This document shows positions 1 to 9,605 of a stretch of DNA of 64,000 nucleotides, one piece after another (positions within the stretch are counted from its first letter, which is position 1; each line of letters begins with the position of its first letter). The DNA is from an uncultured Heliobacteriaceae bacterium (GTDB taxonomy: Bacteria; Acidobacteriota; Blastocatellia; RBC074), in assembly GCA_964468345.1 (NCBI GenBank), contig CAYXVZ010000025.1, positions 5,328 through 69,327 of the forward strand, read 5' to 3'. Under the pieces are notes generated by a model that worked only from the letters and a program-made list of their open reading frames with translations, did not search any database and was not told where the DNA came from. The translations under genes and the position numbers were made by a program.

Positions 1-2357
1 TGACGCGCGTCGACCATTACATCGGCGACAACGATCACTTCTATTTCACGTGGTGGCGGCAATACGCGGCGATCAACATCGCCTCGCTGCTGCCGGCGGA
101 GATCGCGACCGAAAGTCCGACGACGCCGCAGAACTCGCCGATTCCCCGTTTCAACTGGGAGCACACGTTCAGCCCCACGCTGACGCACCATTTCACGGCC
201 GGCTATCTGAACCGCAACGAGGGCTATGGTTCGCTCAATCTCGGCGTCAACCTGCCGAAGGTGCAGGGTGTGGCCAGCCAGACTTATCTGCCGCAGTTCA
301 CCTTCGGCGACGGCTTCACGCAGATCAGCAATAGTTCGGGCGTCAATGCGCGCAATATCACGACGCGCCCGACCTATGTGTTCAACAACCTGCTGACCTG
401 GGTCCGCGGCGATCACACGCTGAAATTCGGCGGCGAATGGCGCAATGCCGGCGGAAACATCCGCGCGGGCAACAATGAATCAGGCTCGTTCTTCTTTGGG
501 CGCGAAACGACGGGCATTCCGCTGGTCAACAGCGGCCACCCGATCGCCAGCTTCCTGTTCGGCGCGGTGTCGAACGGCAACGTCGATTTCCGCACGGTCA
601 GCGCGTGGTATCCGCGGCAGAACGCATATGTCCTTCACGGCGGCGACACCTGGCGCATGACGCCCAAGCTGACGGTGAATTACGGATTGCGATGGGATGT
701 GTTCACGCCGATGCGCGAGAAATTCAATCGCCTGTCGTTCTTCGACCCAACCGGCGCCAATCCTGGCGCGGGCGGCCGTCCGGGCCGGCTTGCGTTTGCA
801 GGCGACGAGTACGGTTCGGCCAGCTTTGGCGCGGACTTCCCTGAAGAGACCTGGAAGAAAGGCTTCGCCCCGCGACTGGGCATCGCCTATTCATGGGATT
901 CCAAGACCGTGGTTCGGACAGGCTATGGCATCTTCTTCGCACAGGCCTTTTATCCGGGCTGGGGCGGCGGTATGTCGCTCGACGGTTTCAACCTGAACCA
1001 GTCGTTCAGCACGACCGGCACGGGCGGCGTTATTCCGGCGTTCTATCTTCAGAACGGCTTCCCGCAGAACTTCACGCGGCCGCCGTTCATCACCTCGGAT
1101 TTCCGCAACGGGCAATCCATTCTCTATCGGCCGGCCGATGCCAATCGCCGTCCGTATTCGCAGCAGTGGAACCTGACGATCGAGCGTGAACTGCCGCAGG
1201 GCATGTTCCTGAGCGTGGCCTATGTCGGCAACAAGGGCACCCGCCTGCCGTCGAACCTGCAGCCGCTCAATCGCCTCGATCCGCGCACCGCGCGCGTACA
1301 GGCGCTCGGTCCCGATCGCCTGTATAGCGAAGTTCCTGAATCCGGCGTGGCTTTTGCCGGCACGGCGAATGAAGTTCGCGAACCGTATACCGGCTGGGCG
1401 AGACAGTTGAAGTCGAAAGGCTGCAACCCGACTGTGGCCCAGGCCCTGATGCCCTTCCCGCAGTATTGTTCGCAGCTTTTCGGCTTGAATGAAAACGTGG
1501 GCAATTCGACGTTCCATTCCTTCCAGGCCAAGCTCGAAAAACGCTTCAGCAAGGGCGTTTTCTTCCTGGTTTCGTACACGAATTCGAAGCTCATCACCGA
1601 TGCGGCGGATTCGACGCAGCGCGAAGCCAGCCAGTGGAACGCGGCGGGCGGCATTCTGTCTCCCTTCGAACGTCGCCGCAATCGCGCGCTGGCGCCGGAT
1701 GACGTGCCACAGGTGCTTTCAGCGGCTTTCGTTTACGAATTGCCGTTCGGCAACAACAAGCGTTTCCTCAACAAGGGCGGCGCGCTCAATAAACTGGTCG
1801 GCGGCTGGCAGGCCAGCACCGTCTATCGTTATTCGCGCGGCATTCCGTTCTTCTTCACTTCCAGCAACTGCCAGGGCGGCGCGTTTGCGCTCGGCTGTTT
1901 CCCCGGCCTCAAGGATGGCGTCAATCCCTTCCTGCAGGACGTGAATAACTTCGATCCCGCCAAGGGACCGTTGTTCAATATCAATGCCTTTGAGTTTTCC
2001 ACGGGGCGGAGGCGCCCGGATGGCACGACCATCTCCGTCTTTGATGCGGATTCGGGCGTCGCGAATGGGTTTTATACCGGCAGCGGCGTCCGCGTCAGCA
2101 ACCTGCGAAGCTCGAATTTCAAAAACTTCGATGCAACGCTGATCAAGAACACACGCCTGAGCGAAAAGGTCAACTTCCAGTTCCGCGCGGAGTTTTTCAA
2201 CGTCGGCAACTTCCATTACTTCGTGAATGGAAGCAACTTCAACATCGGCGGCAACCTGCCGTTCGATACCAATGTCAGCAGTCCGAACTTCGGACAATTC
2301 ACCGGCAACGTCTCGGCGCCGCGCACGATTCAATTCGGCGCGCGCATCGAGTTCTAA
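1..2357 (+). CDS. TonB-dependent-receptor-like outer membrane protein, 5'-partial (enters window in frame from nt 3)
   Basis: Frame 3 is open from nt 3 to TAA at 2355-2357, the same frame as track ORF 261..2357. Composition is Gly/Asn/Tyr/Phe-rich and beta-barrel-like. C-terminus ...FGARIEF ends in a terminal Phe, as in OMP/TBDR barrels. Same style as 29502..32135. Confidence 0.7.
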   Translation, partial: TRVDHYIGDNDHFYFTWWRQYAAINIASLLPAEIATESPTTPQNSPIPRFNWEHTFSPTLTHHFTAGYLNRNEGYGSLNLGVNLPKVQGVASQTYLPQFTFGDGFTQISNSSGVNARNITTRPTYVFNNLLTWVRGDHTLKFGGEWRNAGGNIRAGNNESGSFFFGRETTGIPLVNSGHPIASFLFGAVSNGNVDFRTVSAWYPRQNAYVLHGGDTWRMTPKLTVNYGLRWDVFTPMREKFNRLSFFDPTGANPGAGGRPGRLAFAGDEYGSASFGADFPEETWKKGFAPRLGIAYSWDSKTVVRTGYGIFFAQAFYPGWGGGMSLDGFNLNQSFSTTGTGGVIPAFYLQNGFPQNFTRPPFITSDFRNGQSILYRPADANRRPYSQQWNLTIERELPQGMFLSVAYVGNKGTRLPSNLQPLNRLDPRTARVQALGPDRLYSEVPESGVAFAGTANEVREPYTGWARQLKSKGCNPTVAQALMPFPQYCSQLFGLNENVGNSTFHSFQAKLEKRFSKGVFFLVSYTNSKLITDAADSTQREASQWNAAGGILSPFERRRNRALAPDDVPQVLSAAFVYELPFGNNKRFLNKGGALNKLVGGWQASTVYRYSRGIPFFFTSSNCQGGAFALGCFPGLKDGVNPFLQDVNNFDPAKGPLFNINAFEFSTGRRRPDGTTISVFDADSGVANGFYTGSGVRVSNLRSSNFKNFDATLIKNTRLSEKVNFQFRAEFFNVGNFHYFVNGSNFNIGGNLPFDTNVSSPNFGQFTGNVSAPRTIQFGARIEF

Positions 2358-2374
2358 GCAGGTCTTTTTCCATA

Positions 2375-2596
2375 GCCCGCGGATGCGGGTGGCGGAATGT
2401 AGCCCAGGGTGAAGGCGAAGCCGGAACCCTGGGTAGTGTTAGATAGAAAACAAGCCCGCGGATGCGGGCGACAGTGATTGCCATATTTATCACTGCCGCC
2501 CGCATCCGCGGGCTTGTTTTTCTCGATAGATTGTCCCAGGGCTCGCGCAATAGCGCGTCGCCCTGGGCTACATTCCGCCGCCCGCATCCGCGGGCC
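2375..2596. repeat. 220-bp nested palindrome between convergent genes
   Basis: Outer arms GCCCGCGGATGCGGGtGGCGGAATGTAGCCCAGGG (2375-2410) and its reverse complement at 2561-2596. Each arm contains its own hairpin (CCCAGGG..CCCTGGG). The centre is a near-perfect 33-bp-stem hairpin. Confidence 0.85.
2444..2523. terminator. bidirectional intrinsic-terminator-like hairpin
   Basis: GAAAACAAGCCCGCGGATGCGGGCGACAGTGAT-(10 nt loop)-ATCACTGCCGCCCGCATCCGCGGGCTTGTTTTTC, a 33-bp stem with one mismatch. T-run on + and A-run on the other side. Confidence 0.8.
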
Positions 2597-2634
2597 GAGG
2601 ACACGCACCGATTTCGGAAATTTGATCCTGCTAT

Positions 2635-3693
2635 TTATTTCCCCGGACCGCGCGCGTCCTTCAATTGCTGAAACCTTGCGATGGCTTCTTTCGCCTTCGC
2701 GGAGTCGCCCTGTTTTTGATAGAGGCGGCCGAGAGCGTAATGCGGATCCGCATAAGTCGCGTCGAACTCCGCGGCGCGTTCGAGCGACGCGATGGCTTCC
2801 TTCCCTCGGTTTTGTTTTTCCAGCAATAAGCCCATTTGATAATGAATCTGCGGCAGGCGATTGTCATAACGCAGGGCTTCCTGCAGGGCGCTTTCGGCTT
2901 CGGCGAGTTTGTTCTGCGCCTGCAGGGTGATGCCGAGATTGAGCGGCGGCCATGGCGAAGGCGTCGTTTGTTTCCGATTGAGTTCGATCGCCACGGCGAA
3001 ATGCTTCACGGCTTCGTCGTATTGCCCGAGATAATCGAAGCACAATCCCAGATTGTCATATGCCCTTGTCATCTGCGGCGCGAGCTCGATGACCTTGCGC
3101 AGCTTCTCGACCGCCGGTTGATATTGCTGCGCGTCGTAATCCATCCGGGCGAGCCAATAAAGGTACAGCGCTTCTTTCGGAAACTCCGCGACCAGTTTTT
3201 CCAACTCCGGCCGCGCCCAGTCCGGACGCTTCAGGCGGATGAAGGCCATGCTCATCGTGAAGCGGCTGCGCGCTTCAAGCGGCGCGATGGCCTTCGATTT
3301 CTGATAGGCGACCGCGGCATTCAGGAATTCTCCATTGAGAAAAAACACGCCGCCCGCAAACGCCAGCAAGGACGCGGCCGCCGGCGATTTCGGCGCGCGC
3401 GCCGTCTCTTTGTCGATCTCCGCGACCAGCAGTTTTTCCGCCGCGGTGTACTCCTGCCGTTTCAATAACGCCGCCAGTTCCTCGCGCTGCGCCTGCGTCA
3501 GCGGCAGATTCGCTGGATTGAGCCCCGCGGGCATCGGCATTTCGGGTGTTTGCGCCCGGGCCGTTGAAGCGATAAAAAACAGCAAAACAAAGGTTCGAAG
3601 GATCAAAGGCTCAAAGAAGATTCGTCTGTTTTTCTTTGAACCCTTGATCCTTTGAACCTTTGTGTTGAACGTTTTACACATTTTCATATGCAT
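2635..3693 (-). CDS. secreted TPR-repeat protein
   Basis: Track ORF 2635..4020 is over-extended; it overlaps the next gene. A plausible start is MHMKMCK.. (3681-3693), followed by signal peptide LILRTFVLLFFIASTARAQTP. Repeated 34-aa TPR-like units (..YYQKSKAIAP.., ..AYDNLGLCFDYLGQYDEAVKHF.., ..HYALGRLYQKQGDSAKAKEAI..). Confidence 0.7.
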   Translation of the reverse strand: MHMKMCKTFNTKVQRIKGSKKNRRIFFEPLILRTFVLLFFIASTARAQTPEMPMPAGLNPANLPLTQAQREELAALLKRQEYTAAEKLLVAEIDKETARAPKSPAAASLLAFAGGVFFLNGEFLNAAVAYQKSKAIAPLEARSRFTMSMAFIRLKRPDWARPELEKLVAEFPKEALYLYWLARMDYDAQQYQPAVEKLRKVIELAPQMTRAYDNLGLCFDYLGQYDEAVKHFAVAIELNRKQTTPSPWPPLNLGITLQAQNKLAEAESALQEALRYDNRLPQIHYQMGLLLEKQNRGKEAIASLERAAEFDATYADPHYALGRLYQKQGDSAKAKEAIARFQQLKDARGPGK

Positions 3694-3719
3694 TCGAAGA
3701 AAAAGAAGCGTACAAGCAT

Positions 3720-4547
3720 TCACTGCGAAGCAGCTTTCGCCGCTTCGATCTTCTGTTTCAGATCCAGCGCTTTTCGGCTCTCGGGCGCGAGCTTCAATTC
3801 GAGATCGATCTCGCGGGCCGCGTCCGCATAGCGTTTTTGCTCGAAATAAATCACGGCCAGGCCCAGATGGATTTCCGCCAGCTTCGGATCGACTTCCGCC
3901 GCGCGATTGTATTCCGCGATGGCCAGGTCGAATTTGCCCTGCCCCAGATATTGCTGCGCCAGCGATTGATGCAGCCGCGCCGAGTCGGGATCGATCGCAA
4001 TCATGCGGCGATAGCTCCATTCCGACAGCCGGCCGAGCGCGCGCCCCAGTTGATAGGCATATTCCGGCTCGCGCGCATCGAGTTCCGCCAGCGCCAGATA
4101 TTGCTCGACGGCCGCGGGCAGGTTCTCGGCCGCTTCATAGGCGCGGGCCAGTTGCAGGCGGGCCTGCGGCTCCGCCGGCAGGAGCTTCACGGCCTGTTCC
4201 AGCGATCGCGTGGCCTCCGCGGTTTTGCCCAGCGCCAGCAGGCTCACGCCGAGCAGCAAATGCGACGGGCCGTTGCCCGGCTCCAGCCGAAGCGCTTCGC
4301 GAAACTGCGCGCCAGCCGCCGCGTGATCGCCCCGGCGTTGAAAAATGATGCCCAGATTGTGATGCGCGAAGGCCGATCGTCCGCGCTGCCCGAGCAATTG
4401 CCGAAAGATCGTTTCGGCTTCCGCCAGGCGATTTTCCTTGAGCGCGGCGAGCCCTTCGGCGGAAAGCGTTTCGGCCGGCGTCTGCGCCAGCGCCGCTGTC
4501 ATCGACAGCGCAAGGCACAGTCCGAAAGATCGGAGAAATGCGTTCAT
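3720..4547 (-). CDS. secreted TPR-repeat protein
   Basis: Signal peptide MNAFLRSFGLCLALSMTAALAQTP from the internal Met (cat at 4545-4547). TPR units (..HHNLGIIFQRRGDHAAAGAQFREALRLEP.., ..LQLARAYEAAENLPAAVEQY..). Start could also be 4604. Confidence 0.7.
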   Translation of the reverse strand: MNAFLRSFGLCLALSMTAALAQTPAETLSAEGLAALKENRLAEAETIFRQLLGQRGRSAFAHHNLGIIFQRRGDHAAAGAQFREALRLEPGNGPSHLLLGVSLLALGKTAEATRSLEQAVKLLPAEPQARLQLARAYEAAENLPAAVEQYLALAELDAREPEYAYQLGRALGRLSEWSYRRMIAIDPDSARLHQSLAQQYLGQGKFDLAIAEYNRAAEVDPKLAEIHLGLAVIYFEQKRYADAAREIDLELKLAPESRKALDLKQKIEAAKAASQ

Positions 4548-4639
4548 AATTACGATTCCATTGTGGGATTGTGCGTTGACAGTATACGCCGGATGAGGCT
4601 TCAATAGGCAAATTCAATTACGCAAATTCAGGCGGTCGA

Positions 4640-6277
4640 ATGAAAGGCAAAAGGCAAAAGGCAAATATCAAAAGGCAAAAGTGGGGAATTCGTGTCTGCC
4701 GACAGGAATCTCGATGTATCCTTTTGCCTTTTGCCTTTCTTCTCTTCCTGATTTCGTCGCCGATCATCGCCCAGACCCCGCGCGAACAGGCGATTCTCGC
4801 CGTGCAGGATCTGATGCAGCAAAATCGCGGAGCCGAGGCAAGGCAGGCGCTGGCAGCGGGCTTCAAAAAGTTTCCGGGCGATGCGGGGCTCGAAAATCTG
4901 TTGGGCATTCTGGAGGCGCAGGAAGGGAATCGCGCCGCGGCGGAAGCGGCCTTCAAACGCGCGCTCACGCGATCGCCGGGGCTGCTCGGCGCCTATTTGA
5001 ATCTCGGCCGCCTGTATCTCGAAAGCGCCGCCACCGATCCGCAGGCGGCAGAAAAGGCGCTCGACATCTATCAGCGCGCGCTGCGCCAACAGCCGGCGAA
5101 CCCTGAAGCCAATTATCAGGCCGCTGTTTTATTGCAGCATCGGGGGGAATATCGGCTCGCGCTCGCCCACCTGCAACGCTTGCCCACGGAATACAAACAG
5201 AGCGCGCAATCGCTGGCCGTTCTCTGCGGTGTGCACGCGGGCCTCGGCAATCGGCAGCAGGCACAGGCCACAGTGGAGGCGCTCACCGTCCATCCCGATT
5301 TTTCCGAAGCGGATCTCATTGGCATTCTGCCCACGCTCGAAAAGGCGCAGCGCGAAGACCTGGCCGTGTCCTTGCTGGAATCGCTCGCCTCGCGCGGCGC
5401 GATCGGCGCGGAATTGCAGCACCGGCTGGGCCTGTTTTATGAGCGGCAGGGACACCTGGATCGCGCGCGCGCAGCGGTTGAAAAAGCCGCGGGGCCGCGT
5501 CCTTCGACTGCGCTGCTGGTTGATCTGGCCCGCATCGCGCATCGACAGCGGGACAATCAAGGCGCGCTCGGCTATCTGGCGCACGCCCGCGATCTCGAAC
5601 CGAACAACGCCTCCGTGCATTATTTTTTCGGCATGGTTTGTGTGGATCTGTTTCTCGGAGCGGAGGCCCAGGTTTCGCTCGGCAAGGCCGTCGCGCTCGA
5701 TCCTGAAAACGCGCAATACAATTATGCAATGGGCGTCGTATCGTCGTTTCGACACGATCCGGCCGAGGCGATCCCGTATCTAAAAAAGTTCCTTGCGCTC
5801 AAACCGGGCGATCCGCAGGGCACGCTGATGCTGGGCATCGTCTATTTCAAAAGCAAGGAGTATGACGCCGCGCAGCGGGAATTGCTGCGCGCGAAAGCAG
5901 ACCGGCCAAGCGCGGCGACGGCGGCTTATTATCTCGGCAGTATTGCGCGATTGAACGGCCAGCTTGAAGAAGCGATCCGCCTCGAACAGGAAGCCCTTGC
6001 GATCAATCCCAATCACGTCGATGCGCTGGCCGAACTCGGGCAGGCGCTGTTGCAGCAGAAACAATACGAGCAGGCGGAAAAGCAATTGCAGAAAGCTCTC
6101 GCGATCAATCCCGACCACTATGCGGCGAATTTCAATCTGTTGACGCTCTATAGCCGCACGCGCGATCCGCGACAGGAGCCGCTGGCCAAACGATTCGAGG
6201 AAATCAAAAAGCTTCGCGAAGAGAAGGCGCAGGACTTCCTTCGCGGCGTGGAGGTGCGGCCCTATGCCGTACCGTAG
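4640..6277 (+). CDS. secreted TPR-repeat protein (about 13 TPR units)
   Basis: Hydrophobic signal segment LLPFAFLLFLISSPIIAQTP followed by many TPR units. The ATG at 4640 and the basic N-tail (KGKRQKANIKRQK) lie inside the GCAAAAG repeat element, so the true start is uncertain. Confidence 0.7.
   Translation: MKGKRQKANIKRQKWGIRVCRQESRCILLPFAFLLFLISSPIIAQTPREQAILAVQDLMQQNRGAEARQALAAGFKKFPGDAGLENLLGILEAQEGNRAAAEAAFKRALTRSPGLLGAYLNLGRLYLESAATDPQAAEKALDIYQRALRQQPANPEANYQAAVLLQHRGEYRLALAHLQRLPTEYKQSAQSLAVLCGVHAGLGNRQQAQATVEALTVHPDFSEADLIGILPTLEKAQREDLAVSLLESLASRGAIGAELQHRLGLFYERQGHLDRARAAVEKAAGPRPSTALLVDLARIAHRQRDNQGALGYLAHARDLEPNNASVHYFFGMVCVDLFLGAEAQVSLGKAVALDPENAQYNYAMGVVSSFRHDPAEAIPYLKKFLALKPGDPQGTLMLGIVYFKSKEYDAAQRELLRAKADRPSAATAAYYLGSIARLNGQLEEAIRLEQEALAINPNHVDALAELGQALLQQKQYEQAEKQLQKALAINPDHYAANFNLLTLYSRTRDPRQEPLAKRFEEIKKLREEKAQDFLRGVEVRPYAVP
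4643..4740. repeat. GCAAAAG-heptamer composite palindrome, copy 1
   Basis: Left arm AAAGGCAAAAGGCAAAAGGCAAATATCAAAAGGCAAAAG, 38-nt spacer, right arm CTTTTGCCTTTTGCCTTTC. Arm sequence is shared with 22590-22680 and 42850-42885. Confidence 0.8.
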
Positions 6278-6296
6278 GGAGCATGGAGTTGCTTGG

Positions 6297-6610
6297 TGGT
6301 GGAACAGGTTAGCAACCTTGTCATTCCCCACATTTTTCGTGTTTTCTTGCGGCCCGAATAGACCCAATTTCCTTAAAAAGCGGTGCTTTTCCAGGCTCCA
6401 GAGGAGCCGAATGTTTATAGTTCGCGCGATTGCTTACGCCCCAAGCTCCGTAGGGGCGAAATGTGCCACATTCCGCTCCTGCGGAGCTTGGGGGCATTTT
6501 CGGCCTGATTCTATAAACATTCCGCCCTCCGGGGCGAATCCGCCACTGAACAAGAGATCCGGAAAATGAAAAGATGTGGGTAATGACAAGGTTCATAACC
6601 TGTTCCACCC
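6297..6610. mobile_element. MITE-like element: 36-bp terminal inverted repeats flanking a structured ~240-bp core
   Basis: Left TIR GGTGGAACAGGTTAGCAACCTTGTCATTCCCCACAT (6297-6332). Right TIR 6575-6610 is its reverse complement with 3 mismatches. The core has nested palindromes (GGCTCCAGAGGAGCC; AGCTCCGTAGGGGCG..CGCTCCTGCGGAGCT; AATGTTTATAG..CTATAAACATT). No ORF. Confidence 0.7.
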
Positions 6611-6685
6611 GGGCGCTTGCCATCTTCCCTTGCTCAATGTTTCGAACCACCACTGATGCGGCCGATTGCAAGACGACAAATCAAC

Positions 6686-7630
6686 ATGCTTGACCTATCT
6701 GGCTTCAAATCCCTGTCTCTTTCTTTGCTTCTGGTATTCTTGTCCATTTCACTCTCCGCGCAAACGCCGGAGATTTCGCGCGCGCTTGATCGGGCGGACT
6801 ATCAACGAGCGGAGAAGCTCGCCTCGGCTTCGTTGCGCACGCGGCCGCGCGATGTCTCGCTGCGACTGCTGCTGGCGCGCGCGATTCTGGGGCAGGGCCG
6901 CTTTCGCGAAGCCGTCGCGGCATTGCGCGGCGTGTTGACGTTCGATCCGAAAAACATCGATGCGCTTTATTACCTGGGCCTCTCGGCCAGTGCTTTGTCG
7001 CAAATGGAATTCGAGCGGCTCTATGCCCTCGCGCCGGAATCGTATCGCGTGCATCAACTGTTAGCCGAGGCCGCGCTGGCGCAGGAAAACCCGGCCGAAG
7101 CGGAAACCGAATACCTGGCCGCGCTCAAGCTCGCTCCCGATTCGCCGGAATTGTTGATCGCCCTGGCAGAGTTGAAACGGACGCAGTCGAAATACGACGA
7201 AGCGATTCCGCTCTATTCCCGCGCGGCGGAAGTGAGCGGAATGAACTACGACATCGCGTATGGCCTCGGGGCGAGTTATTCCTATCAACAGGATTACAAG
7301 CGGGCCGCGGATCATTTTCGGCAGGCGGTGAGGTTCGCGCCGGATGCAACGGCTGCTCGCTATGGGCTGGGAAATGCGCTCTTCCAACTCGGCGAGACCG
7401 AAGCCGCCGTGACGGAGTTGCAGGCTGCGGTTCGGTTGCTGGATACACAGAAACAGGCATGGTTTCTGCTCGGGCGCGCCTATCAAAAACTTGGCCGGCA
7501 GGCTGAAGCCAAAGAAGCCTTCGCCAAAATCGAAGCCATCACCGCGCGGGAATTACAGCGGGAGCAGGGAGCGAGTCGGGAAGAAGAGAAAATCAAAAGG
7601 CAAAGGGCAAATGGCAAAAGGCAAAAGTAA
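6686..7630 (+). CDS. secreted TPR-repeat protein
   Basis: Start taken at MLDLSGFKSLSLSLLLVFLSISLSAQTP (signal peptide). Track ORF from 6617 would begin inside the MITE-like element. TPR units follow. The C-terminal tail ..KIKRQRANGKRQK* is encoded by the GCAAAAG repeat. Confidence 0.7.
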   Translation: MLDLSGFKSLSLSLLLVFLSISLSAQTPEISRALDRADYQRAEKLASASLRTRPRDVSLRLLLARAILGQGRFREAVAALRGVLTFDPKNIDALYYLGLSASALSQMEFERLYALAPESYRVHQLLAEAALAQENPAEAETEYLAALKLAPDSPELLIALAELKRTQSKYDEAIPLYSRAAEVSGMNYDIAYGLGASYSYQQDYKRAADHFRQAVRFAPDATAARYGLGNALFQLGETEAAVTELQAAVRLLDTQKQAWFLLGRAYQKLGRQAEAKEAFAKIEAITARELQREQGASREEEKIKRQRANGKRQK

Positions 7631-7662
7631 AGAGAGGGTCTTTACTTTTGCCTTTTGATTTT
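7590..7662. repeat. GCAAAAG-family palindrome, copy 2; probable bidirectional terminator
   Basis: GGCAAAAGTAAAGA-gaggg-TCTTTACTTTTGCC is a perfect 14-bp stem, nested in AAAATCAAAAGG...CCTTTTGATTTT. Lies between convergent genes. Confidence 0.8.
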
Positions 7663-7663
7663 C

Positions 7664-8590
<927 letters not shown>

Positions 8591-8684
8591 TGAGATGCCT
8601 CTTTCGGAAAAAGTATGAGTCTATCCTTAGACTTGCTTGTTAGTGCATACCTTAGCAGAACCGGGGAGGATCTCAAAATCTGCC

Positions 8685-9090
8685 CGGGAAAGTCTGGGGA
8701 AGTCTGGACAAGTCTGGAGAAGTCTCGGGAAGTCTGGAGAAGTCTCGGGAAGTCTGGAGAAGTCTCGGGAAGTCTGGGGAAGTCTGGAGAAGTCTGGAGA
8801 AGTGATTGATTTATTGGTCTCCCATATTTTCCTGGCTCCGGAGGAGCCATATATTTCTAGACATAAGTTCGCTTTCATTCCGCGCTCCGTAGGAGCGCCA
8901 TCTGCCCAGATGGCGCTCCTACGGAGCGCGGAATATGGGGGCGGGCCATGCTATAAATATTCGGCTCCGCTGGAGCCGTTACCATTCGAGGCTTCAGTGG
9001 TCGGTGCTCAAGACTTCTCAAGACTTTTCAAGACTTTTCAAGACTTTTCAAGACTTTTCAAGACTTCCCGAGACTTGCCCCGACTTCCCC
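8685..9090. repeat. composite palindrome: (GRGAAGTCTS)x12 array, structured core (8822-8975, related to the 6297-6610 core), then inverted (AGACTTYTCA)x8 array
   Basis: Direct decamer array 8685-8803. Core has GGCTCCGGAGGAGCC, CCGCGCTCCGTAGGAGCGCC..GGCGCTCCTACGGAGCGCGG, CTATAAATATT, GGCTCCGCTGGAGCC. Inverted decamer array at 9008-9090. Confidence 0.85.
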
Positions 9091-9604
9091 TCTTTATGCA
9101 TCTGCTGATACTTCTCGCGCAGGCGGAGCGTGAATTCCATTTCGGAGCTGACCGATCGCAGGGCGAGCCGCGTTTCGGCGATCAGCATCACGCAGCCATA
9201 AAATAAAATGACGGTGCCGATAATGCCCAATGTATTGGGCAGCCAGAGAATTTTTTGGGCGACCGGCGGCAGAATGGAGATGAATCCCACGGCCACCATC
9301 GCGGCGACAAAGGTGCTCAAGGCGACGTAAAAACTGGTCAGGGCGTTTTGAATCAGGCGGGTGCGGCGGGCATGGATAGAGATCTGGCGCTCGACCTCGA
9401 TGCGGCGCTCTTCCGGAAAATCGAGGGTTTCCTCCGACTTGGCCATCTCTTCGATCACGCGGCGAAGCTCGCGCACGCGATCGACAATCCGCGCCAGGCG
9501 GGCCGAGGTGGAAATAACGAGCGTCCCGCATGCCGAAATCAGCACGGCGGGCGTGATCATCGCGCTCAGGACATTGAGTCCGGTGCTTGTGGCGTCTTGC
9601 ATAT
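9048..9604 (-). CDS. DUF2721-like small membrane protein
   Basis: Start at MQDATSTGLNVL (cat at 9602-9604); track ORF 9048..9785 is over-extended through the GGGGCGAG repeat. The C-terminal tail KEGKSGQVSGSLEKS is encoded by the GAGAAGTCT array. Has a coiled segment plus 2 TM helices (FYVALSTFVAAMVAVGFISIL / LGIIGTVILFYGCVMLIA). Confidence 0.55.
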
Positions 9605-9605
9605 G

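Noticed and set aside
2635-4020. Long N-terminal extensions in track ORFs 2635..4020, 6617.., 25499.., 27399.., 33433.., 45360.., 44885..45508, 47220..47720, 9048..9785 and 9751..10128.
   Set aside because: The extensions overlap neighbouring genes or repeats and lack signal-peptide logic. Internal Met residues give sensible signal peptides, ATGA couplings or Shine-Dalgarno sites, so I trimmed the starts.
8685-9090. Tandem 10-bp arrays considered as possible CRISPR.
   Set aside because: The repeat unit is only 10 bp and contiguous, with no unique spacers. A second, inverted array forms a palindrome. This is not CRISPR architecture.
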